A stretch of 62,693 nt of DNA, the filler included, from Callorhinchus milii (Eukaryota), in NCBI RefSeq assembly GCF_018977255.1. It is 6 parts of 6 records of this genome, joined end to end, with 100 filler letters (N's around TTAATTAATTAA, not from the genome) between each part and the next. Parts side by side here need not be neighbours in the genome. Positions count along the whole stretch, not along the records: positions 1 to 17,624 come from NW_024704778.1; positions 17,725 to 19,046 come from NW_024704789.1; positions 19,147 to 20,304 come from NW_024704801.1; positions 20,405 to 30,250 come from NW_024704812.1; 2 more parts are not named here. One strand, given 5' to 3'. The notes beneath the pieces were generated by a model, which did not search any database, was not told the DNA's origin, and was given only the letters and a program-made list of their open reading frames with translations. Numbering within the stretch: the stretch's first letter is position 1; the number at the start of each line of letters is the position of its first letter. Made by a program: the position numbers and the translations under genes. Positions 10,418 through 21,094 of the stretch are shown one piece after another.

Positions 10418-13400
10418 CACGCTCGCTGTCGTGCTTTCACGCCCGGGTTGCAATGCCAAGGTTTTGGTGTGCATCTTGTTGAGAATGTTGCAGGTGGTTT
10501 TAAGATCACTATAGTGTGAGAGGACAGTCGGTATGTGGACTTTAAGTCTGTAATTCATACATTTGTGTGGAGAACGGCCAATGCACAGGCTTGAGCTGGA
10601 AGTTTTGGAATTAGGTTTGGAAGATAGGGAGATGGATGTGTATGGACTTTTAAGCCTCCCAATATAAAGGCTTGGGAAGGGGTGTATTGTTTGGGCTCTA
10701 AGCCAGGTTTCGGGAGGAACAGTGTATGGTTATCAGGAAAGCAGGGAACAGATTTTAGTTTGACAGAATTTTGGGAGGGATAATGGGTTGGCAAGATGGA
10801 TTTGTAGTGTTTGTTTTTCAGGCTTGATACACCATTGGTCAGTTCAATCCCAGGAAAGTAATGCAAGAATGCAATTACCAACCAAGAATTGTTCCAGATC
10901 ATGAATCTGATGTGTAATGTAGCCTGAATTTATTTGCCTCAAAGCTCTTTATCCTGCTTGAAATGGTTTCATTTGGTATGTATCAGGATACCTGGACTTC
11001 TGGTCAGTTAAGGGTGAGCAATCCGTTTCCGATCTGATATAGCCTGAAACCCTCCTAGTAATTTTCTACCTTGTAGTAAATGATGTGATCTTTCCATGAA
11101 ATAACCTTTATACTGTGCTGCTGCAGTTGACTGATACAATCCCCCTACTGCGATAGACCATTAGCAAGTTGGTGGGGTAGGAACAAGCAGCTTTTCCTAG
11201 ACTTTATTTTGCAGATCCTTATTTCCTTTGATGTAAAGATGAAAGGCTTCAAGTACCCTAACCCCGTTCCTGCAGGATCTTGGAGATTGAAGCGGATCTT
11301 GAGTAAAGCAGAAATATTGGATTTTCTTCTACTACTTCATCTTTACTGCAAGCCTCTTGTTTATTTCTCATCTACTCCAGTGCCTTCTTATCTACTAGTA
11401 CTTCAATTTTGCTAAAAATTGCAGATAAGTTCTTCCAACTTCTTGCCAGTGTTAAGTGTGCTAAATTGAAGAAAATGTAAAATACACTAGCAATTTGTAA
11501 TTGTTTTGGTGTTGCGAATATTTGCTTTTATGGGAGGGATGGGAACAAAATGGTCTTAGTTTTATTTTGCAGATTGGATCAGTAAGTGCTTGTAAAGGGC
11601 TATGTGAAGAATGTGGCATTGCCTGGAAGGTGGAGCTTGCCAGACAAGTGGGCTGAGATCAGCAACATCAGAAGTTAAACATTCCCATGTAATGAGATCG
11701 CTTGGGCAAGGAAGTAGACAAATACTTAGGTGGAATACGCAGGTGGAAAATTTGCAAATATTGTGGAAATTTAAACTAATCTATAATAATGCTGAAGGCC
11801 GCATCTTGACATTTATTAAATTTAGTTTGATTGCTTAATGATACTTGACTTAATTGCCAATATTAAAAAAACAACTGCTTGCTGGATTGGGGGGTGTGGG
11901 GGGGGTTGCTATTAAGACTTTTACAGGCATCCAGACCTCGATTGCCTAATGGAGTAAAAATGCTCATTGGACCAAAAGTGAAGTGGGATTGAGCAGTAAT
12001 CAGTGTGGAGCAGAGCATCTGAAGTCTTCAGTGTCAAGGTCTCTGTATAATAGGAACAAGTTCTTCTGAGAATGATGACTCGATCATGTTGCTGTACTGA
12101 AGATAAGTCATGAGTAACATTCAATAACTGGAATTCAGTTGCATTTTGTTCATCTAGGCATACTTTAATACAAGTACAATATACATATATATGTGTGAGT
12201 GTTCAGGAATGCCATACTTTAATACAAATACAGAATATTTCCAGTGAGTGTTCAGGAATACCAAGAACTTGTTTATTATTTTCATGTTTTCTGTGACAGT
12301 CACATTGCAATTACATGGCTAAATTTCAGCTGTTGTCACAATCTAAGTAGATTGTGACATCCTGTGAGAAAGTAAAACGTTTAACATACTGTTTTATTAC
12401 AATTACATTCTGCATAAATAACTAGCAACATTACTGCTGTAGCAACATTTTCTGGGGTTAACTCTGGGGAGGGGGAAGCTGTCCCAGGTTTTATTTTCCA
12501 GGTTTCTCCCCATCCCCGTTGTCATGATACATACGGCAAGTCTGTCCTTTGTATTGGTGGCTGAAATGGCAAGTAACTAAAGCGAATAAAGCAGTGAAGT
12601 GTTAACGTTGACAGTGGTGCGGAAGGATGCTAATAAAGGCGGAAAAATGCGAAAGGTTGTCTTGTTTTCTGTACTTGAGGTAACGTTTCTGCATGAAATT
12701 GTTTAGGATTTGGAGCTTTTTCCTCCAGCAACATTTTCATGTGCTTGTGGCAGTGCTCTGAGTAATAGTGGCATGCTTTATCTGGCGAAGAGGGCAGGGG
12801 AAAGCTTGTCAGTTTGTAGTTTAGTTTCCCATGGGAAACTTAACTGTCTGAAGTAACCATTCTGTCACTGGAAAGGCAGAATTCATTCAGATTGTTGAAT
12901 TTCTATTCATGAATTAGAGACTAGTCTGTGATTCCTGTGCTGATAGATTTGACGGCCGTGTTAGAAACAAACCATCACTTCATCGTTACTTTCTTAACCC
13001 ACTGAGATAGCTGTTGGGCAGCTACAATGAAAACTGTTTTGAAGAGATTTAATTGTGCAAGCCCCACCTTTAGGCTGCTTAGATGACTTGTATACCTTCC
13101 AGAATGATTGAGTTTACCAATGGTAAACTTTACATCCTTGGAAATGATTAAAAGACCCAACAAATTAGAAGTGTTAACATTTTTTTTCTTTTTTAAAAAA
13201 AATAACACTACTGGCTTGTGTGCAAAAGTATCAACATGATTTATATTGTGATGTAACATCCGTAACCTTATCTGGGAATTGGGAGGGAAAATATTTTATT
13301 TAAGACTTTTTCAGGTATTCAAGACTTAGTAGCTGTGATGTAATGTGGAATGTGAAGCTGACGAGTGATTCCCACCAATCGGGCCATAATGGTGTTGAGT

Positions 13401-14224
13401 CCCATGTTCGACCCTTCTCTAGTTGGATGGATTCAGAGGAACGTCTCCTAATAAGTTGCAGAACGCTGTTTGTTGCCAGTAAAGGTAGTGTGTGATATAG
13501 CGACAGAACAGCTGGATGTCTGATGTGGAATATTTCAACACTGGGGCATACTTTTCTCTCCTCTCCTGCCTCCCATTCTAAAATGTCTTTCAGGTTCATC
13601 TAATAGAAATGAATTCGTAGAACGGATGGAGGTGACCTGTTGCAAACTTTTACTCTGCTTTGATAATAAGCCCAGTATTGTATAATTAATATGTTTGCTC
13701 ACAGTCTTATAGAACATGTACAACTAATTGTAAATGATCAGTTAACTTGCAGCATTGCAATTTTAATGGGATGTTTGGGATGGGAGCAGCACATATTACT
13801 TTCTTTGCAGACATGAATACAAACTACCGCATGAAGTGGACACTAAGCGATTACCAGAGGATTAGCTTGTCAAATAAACAGGATCACACAAAGTCTATTC
13901 AGCATCTGGTTCAGGACTTAAAGGCGTAAGAGTAACTCGTTTAACATTGTAACTTTAAACGCAATTCAAAATGCCCTCATTTTATCTTAATTTTGACCCA
14001 AATGTAATACATCAGCTGTATCAAACTTCAGTGGAATTAATGAAAGTCTTAAAATGGGAGCATGAAGAATGCAGAAATACTGTTGTCAGTGATGTTATTC
14101 TTAGACATGTTACTTAATTCTATTGTAAAATGTGAGGGCATCACTATTTTGAATAGGGTCAAATGTAACCATTAGATGTAGGGATTTTAGATCCCAGTAT
14201 TCTCTCTCTTATGTGGCTGTATAA

Positions 14225-14485
14225 AGGGCAGGGAACAGTGTTCTTAGTTTTTCAGGTGTCAAGTCTTCCTCGCTGGCAAATAACCACATGATGCTTCGTC
14301 CCTATCCATACTGAACACAGCTTAGAAGGTGCAGTTAACGCTTGAGGAGGTTTAGGGCAGGGGGAACTCCTATGTTCTTGCATCTTTCAGGTACCCCGTC
14401 CTTGCTGGCCAATAACTGGAATCTGCCTTCCCTACGCTGGACACCATGTAGTAGGTACAGCATTGGATTCACATTTTTCAGAGGG
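14225..14485 (+). repeat. First two units of the ~132-bp MALAT1 tandem repeat
   Basis: GTTTAGGGCAGGGGGAACTCC...TCTTTCAGGTA...GCCTTCCCTACGCTGGACAC...GGTACAGC matches the reverse complement of the 16885-17624 units. Confidence 0.85.
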
Positions 14486-14738
14486 AGACACACACACACA
14501 CAACACCACAGACACACCCACCCCACAGACACACACCTCACAGACACACACACACCCTCACAGACACACACACACTCACAGACACTCAGACACACACCCT
14601 CACAGACACACACACACTCACACACACACACCCTCACAGACACACACCCTCACAGACACACACCCTCACAGACACACACACACTCACAGACACACACACA
14701 CACACTCACAGACACACACACACTCACAGACACACACG
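14486..14738. repeat. CA-rich microsatellite
   Basis: (CA)n interspersed with CTCACAGA. Confidence 0.95.
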
Positions 14739-14824
14739 CGCCTGTGTTCCCAGCAGTCAGTCGCTTGTCAGGCGATTGGGGATCACTTTCCGGGGAACCT
14801 TTTGCAATGAACACTAACTGCCGT

Positions 14825-15135
14825 TCGCCTTCTTAGTTGCTCACTGCACCTGCAAACTAACTTTTTGAGACTAGTGTACAAGGACACCCAAATCCCTCTG
14901 AACACTAACACTAATTTCTCCCCCTCAGAAAATAACCTGTTTTTCTATTTTTGCTACCTATACCTTTGCACTTCCCCACATTAAATTCCATCTGCCACCT
15001 GCTCGCCCACTCCCCGAGCCTATCTATATCCCGTTGTAATCTTTTTGCATCATCCTCAGAGCTTACTCTCCCACCGAGTTTAATGTCACCCGTGAATATA
15101 GATACGTTACATTCAATGTCCTCGTCTAGATCATT
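14825..15135 (-). mobile_element. CR1 LINE RT fragment
   Basis: TTGCACTTCCCCACATTAAATTCCATCTGCCACC is the reverse complement of the CR1 'WQMEFNVGKC' coding motif. Confidence 0.7.
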
Positions 15136-15799
15136 AAGAATTGATCAAAATCAAAAAGAAATGACTTTTTTTCTGGCCATAATACCAGGAGAAACTATCC
15201 TTTTTTCGAATAGTGGTACGGGGGAAACTTTAATATCCACTGGAATATGCAGATCTTGGTTTTAATGTCTCATCAGAAGGACACACCTCCATCAATGCAA
15301 CATCCCAGTAGTGCTGAGGTGTCAAAAGGCCTAAATTGTGAGTTTTTTTGGGGTCAGTCAAATATCCAAATCACCTCTCTGGATGGAGGCATCCTGTTTA
15401 TCTAATGCCAGAGATTTATTCGGCGCAGGTTGGCTAAAGTCCAAGCTCAGGGACCCCAGTGTGCTGGAATCTGTTGACTCAAGAGATTGAATCTCGTAGT
15501 TTCAGATACCAGACAATCAAGCTCTTAGTGACCAGCTTAGTTTAATAATTTATTACAGAACTGCCAAGGTACAGCAAAGGCCAGAAAACAGCACAGTCTC
15601 CTCTCATCTTTCTAGGTGTGTTCTACACTGGATAAATTTGTATCTACAGTAATGTTTACTTAACCTTTCCTGAGACCTTGTCTCACATATAGCGTTTTCT
15701 CACTCCTACTCGTCCCCTAACAGACCAGTGAAAGCCTGTTAGAGATGCAATAGAATATGGCCTCCCCTACTTGTGCACGCTCCACCTTACTAAGACAGT

Positions 15800-16160
15800 C
15801 CGGAACCTTAAGAGTCTTGTTTGACCCTCATCTATTCTTTCTACACCACGTCCCATGACCCGCTCTACCTTCCCCCGGCTCCGCCACCGTCTCACACCGC
15901 AGGCCCACCGAGACCCTCATACACGCATTCATAATATCCAGGCTTGACTACGCAATCTCCCTGATTGTCGGCCTCCCAAACTCCTTCCTCTACAGGTTGC
16001 AGATCATCCAGAACTTTGCAGCCAGCGACCTTCTGACACCCTACCAAGCTGCCCGCTCCTTGCGCTCAGTGGGCTCCAGCCTGCTTCACCATTGGCAGGG
16101 CAGACCTTCTGTCACTCTACCCCCACCCTCTGGAACTCCATTCCAGTCCCTCTGCCTCAC
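15800..16160 (+). mobile_element. L2 LINE fragment
   Basis: Degenerate 'RNLRVLFD...IHAFIISRLDY...LQIIQN...PTLWNSIP'. Confidence 0.7.
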
Positions 16161-16181
16161 CTGAGCAATAACAAAGCATTG

Positions 16182-16239
16182 AGATACCACAGGGATTTGA
16201 ACCCCGTCCTGGAAACCAGGAGTGCCAACCACCAGCATC
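16182..16239 (-). ncRNA. mascRNA: mascRNA (MALAT1-associated small cytoplasmic tRNA-like RNA)
   Basis: Minus strand reads GATGCTGGTGGTTGGCACTCCTGGTTTCCAGGACGGGGTTCAAATCCCTGTGGTATCT (58 nt). It has a T-loop GGTTCAAATCC and about 3 differences from human mascRNA as recalled. It lies immediately after the A-rich tract. Confidence 0.96.
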
Positions 16240-16334
16240 TTTTGCTTTTTTTTTTATATACACAATTATATAAAGGCAAAAGCAAAACCTGAGATAACAG
16301 CAACTGTTCTCCCAGTAAAAGAAAAGCCAACTTT
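16240..16334 (-). ncRNA. MALAT1: MALAT1 3' triple helix (ENE plus A-rich tract)
   Basis: Minus strand: U-rich motif 1 CUUUUCUUUU (16326-16317), stem-loop CUGGGAGAACAG/CUGUUAUCUCAG, U-rich motif 2 UUUUGCUUUU (16287-16278), and A-tract A10GCAAAA (16255-16240) ending at the predicted RNase P site. Confidence 0.95.
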
Positions 16335-16884
16335 ATCATCTAAACAAAGCATGTACAGTCTTCCAGAAAAAAAAATCAACCAATCAGATGCTCACTGTAT
16401 TCTTCAGCAACAGAAAACCTTCAAAACCTCAAGATTCCAACAAAACACCTCACCCGAAGCAATTTATGAGCAAAAAGCAGTTGGGCCAGAAACACATTTC
16501 ATTCACTCACATAGACACATTTAGTCATATACACCACTCAATGAGACTGCATCTGAACAAAACCCTCTGTAGTTCAGAGAAAGACCTCAAGACGTTAATG
16601 AAAGCAGTGTTATTAGCTCCCCGACAATATATAACTGTACTTCTGAAAGATGCATTTCCTTAACTAAGATTGTTGGCCTTGCTCACTGACTAATACTGAT
16701 ACACAAGCTAGTTTACTTTACTTTGGCTAACAACAATCTTACAGAAAGCTTACAAATGTGCAGTGTAAATGGTCCTGAACGCAGCGTCTATCACTGGTGT
16801 CATCAGGGATCGAGGGACCTAAAACACTACAACCACTCCCCCCACCTTATCATTCTTTAACGATTAGTAAATGCTAGTTATTTT

Positions 16885-17624
16885 AGCACCTGTTCAAAAT
16901 GTCCGGCGTAGGTAAGGGAAGTGGGTCACTTTCACAGCGAGGACTGGATACCTGAAAGATTAAGAAGTTCCCTCCCCTGCCTAAACCCCTTGAAAAATTT
17001 GTAGCACCTGCTAAGTGGTGTCCAGCGTAGGGAAGGCGAAGCCCAGCTACTGTTCAGCGAGGATCTGAAAGATTAAGAAGAGTTCCCCTGCCCTAAACCC
17101 CTTTAAAATGTTGGAAGATAATGCTGCACCTGCTAAGTTGTGTCCAGCGTAGGGAAGGCATTTTCTAGTTACACATCATCGAGGACTGGATACCTGAAAG
17201 ATTAAGAACACCAGAGTTCCCTTGCCCTAAACCCCTTTGAGAAATATGTACTAGAATCCAAAGCTGTACCTACTAAGTTGGGTCCAGTGCAGGAAAGGCA
17301 ATCCTAGTTACTGATCAGCGAGGACCTGAAAGATTAAGAACACCAGAGTTCCCTTGCCCTAAACCCCTTTGAGAAATATGTACTAGAATCCAAAGCTTTA
17401 CCTACTAAGTTGGGTCCAGTGCAGGAAAGGCAATCCTAGTTACTGATCAGCGAGGATCTGAAAGATTAAGAACACCAGAGTTCCCCTGCCCTAAACCCCT
17501 GTAAATTGTTGTATTATAATCTAACGCTGCACCTGTTAAGTTGTGTCCAACGTAGGGAGGGTATATTCTAGTTACATATCAGCAAGGACTTGAAAGATTA
17601 AGAACAGGGTTCCCTCCCCTAAAC
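16885..17624 (-). repeat. ~132-bp tandem repeat, 6 diverged units
   Basis: GAAAGATTAAGAA recurs at 16954, 17067, 17196, 17328, 17460 and 17592. Confidence 0.92.
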
Positions 17625-17724
17625 NNNNNNNNNNNNNNNNNNNNNNNNNNNNNNNNNNNNNNNNNNNNTTAATTAATTAANNNNNNNNNNNNNNNNNNNN
17701 NNNNNNNNNNNNNNNNNNNNNNNN
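17625..17724. other. Assembly gap linker (N44-TTAATTAATTAA-N44)
   Basis: Identical linkers at 19047-19146, 20305-20404, 30251-30350 and 58210-58309. The core is an artificial spacer with stops in all six frames. Confidence 0.95.
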
Positions 17725-17739
17725 TTGTGAGAAGCGCAG

Positions 17740-19025
<1,286 letters not shown>

Positions 19026-19146
19026 GGCTTACCGGTGCCTGGCTGCNNNNNNNNNNNNNNNNNNNNNNNNNNNNNNNNNNNNNNNNNNNNTTAATTAATT
19101 AANNNNNNNNNNNNNNNNNNNNNNNNNNNNNNNNNNNNNNNNNNNN

Positions 19147-19231
19147 GTGTCTGAGCCGGTGTCACACACACACATATACACACACACACACATATACACA
19201 CACACTGAGCCGGTGTCACACACACACATAT

Positions 19232-19302
<71 letters not shown>

Positions 19303-19305
19303 TAT

Positions 19306-19336
<31 letters not shown>

Positions 19337-19363
19337 CTGAGCCGGTGTCACACACACACATAT

Positions 19364-19433
<70 letters not shown>

Positions 19434-19715
19434 TGAGCCGGTGTCACACACACACATATACACACACACACACATATACACACACACTGAGCCATTCTGA
19501 CACACACACACACATACACACACTGAGCCGGTGTCACACACACACATATACACACACACACATATACACACACACACATATACACACACACTGAGCCGGT
19601 GTCACACACACATATATATACACACACACACATATACACACACACACATACACACACACTGAGCCATTCTGACACACACACACACACACTGAGCCGGTGT
19701 CACACACACACATAT

Positions 19716-19773
<58 letters not shown>

Positions 19774-20001
19774 TGAGCCGGTGTCACACACACATATATA
19801 CACACACATACATATACACACACACTGAGCCGGTGTCACACACACACATATACACACACACACATATACACACACACTGAGCCGGTGTCATACACACACA
19901 TACACACACACACACACATATACACACACACTGAGCCGGTGTCACATATACACACACACACATATACACACACACTGTGCCGGGGTCACACACACACATA
20001 T

Positions 20002-20038
<37 letters not shown>

Positions 20039-20097
20039 TATACACACACACTGAGCCGGTGTCACACACACACACACACACTGAGCCGGTGTCACAC

Positions 20098-20141
<44 letters not shown>

Positions 20142-20208
20142 TGAACCGGGGTCACACATATACACACACACATATACACACACATATACACACACACTGA
20201 GCCGGTGT

Positions 20209-20239
<31 letters not shown>

Positions 20240-20285
20240 GCACATATACACACACTGAGCCGGGGTCACACACACACACACACGC
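19147..20285. repeat. Compound satellite: (CA)n/TATA with CTGAGCCGGTGT spacers
   Basis: Repeated ACTGAGCCGGTGTCACAC...ATATACAC units. Confidence 0.95.
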
Positions 20286-20523
20286 GCGTAATAATAATAA
20301 TAATNNNNNNNNNNNNNNNNNNNNNNNNNNNNNNNNNNNNNNNNNNNNTTAATTAATTAANNNNNNNNNNNNNNNNNNNNNNNNNNNNNNNNNNNNNNNN
20401 NNNNCAAAATGTGTCAAAAATGCCCAAATCGCCCCACAATTTTTACTTTTCTTGGCCCAGAGTGTTGAGCGCATAACTACCGGTATAACAATGCTGCTAA
20501 CTACAGAACTGCATACTATGTAC

Positions 20524-20901
20524 GGAGACCTGTAGCTCAGGGGTTAGAGCACTGGCCTCGCAAGTGAGGGGGTTTGATTCCCGGTGGGTCAGGGCGAAAC
20601 ATTGGGCAATTTTCCTTACTCCACACCCACGCCCCTCTGTTCATCAGCAGTAAGTACCCAGTTGTTAGTTGATTGGTGGATCACTTTTCCAGCGGTAATA
20701 ATTCCCGTCAAAATAAATAAAACAATAATAATAATTTGGTCACTCAATCCATGACTGTTTGTGGGGATGTCGCTGAGCTCAATTGGCTGCCATGTTCCGC
20801 CCACAAAATACAGTCACTGCACTTTACAGCATATCCTGTGAAGCGTTTTGAGACGCCTCAAAGACGTGATGAGGTTATATCAAATGCAAGATTTATTATT
20901 A
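20524..20901 (+). mobile_element. Full-length tRNA-derived Deu-type SINE
   Basis: A-box head GTAGCTCAG, B-box-like GGTTTGATTCCC, Deu-like core, L2-like tail and (TTA)n. Confidence 0.85.
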
Positions 20902-21094
20902 TAACAGCAACAGCTTACATTGATATAGCCCCCCTCACGCAGGATAGCGTCCCAGAGCACTTGATGTCTGAATTAAGGGTGAATAATAATAACATTAATA
21001 GTGTCGGAAATGCAGTGCAGTGTTAGTAAAGTGAATCAGAACAGCTTTGTGTTAAGCTTTGTGTCTGAATGAAATGAAACGCTTTATCTTACAG

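Larger units (their letters stand above)
8224..14485 (+). ncRNA. MALAT1: MALAT1 lncRNA, 5' and central body
   Basis: No real ORF and no SINE/LINE insertions. A purine (GAAGA)-rich 5' part is followed by a U-rich body with recurrent G-run...TAAGACTTTTTCAGG-type motifs (e.g. 13301-13315), as recalled in human MALAT1. It ends in the same 132-bp repeat that precedes the triple helix on the inverted segment. TSS is approximate. Confidence 0.72.
16240..17624 (-). ncRNA. MALAT1: MALAT1 lncRNA 3' portion (inverted relative to the 5' body)
   Basis: Transposon-free, U-rich on the minus strand, terminating in the ENE and mascRNA. Confidence 0.85.

Noticed and set aside
9790..10519. Long ORFs (239, 202 and 168 aa)
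   Set aside because: Translation of the 27-bp minisatellite; no coding signal.
11520..11530. TTTTGCTTTT as a second ENE (NEAT1-like)
   Set aside because: No partner U-rich motif, A-tract or tRNA-like element nearby.
16182..16239. Canonical tRNA gene
   Set aside because: Only 58 nt with truncated D and anticodon arms; the context identifies it as mascRNA.
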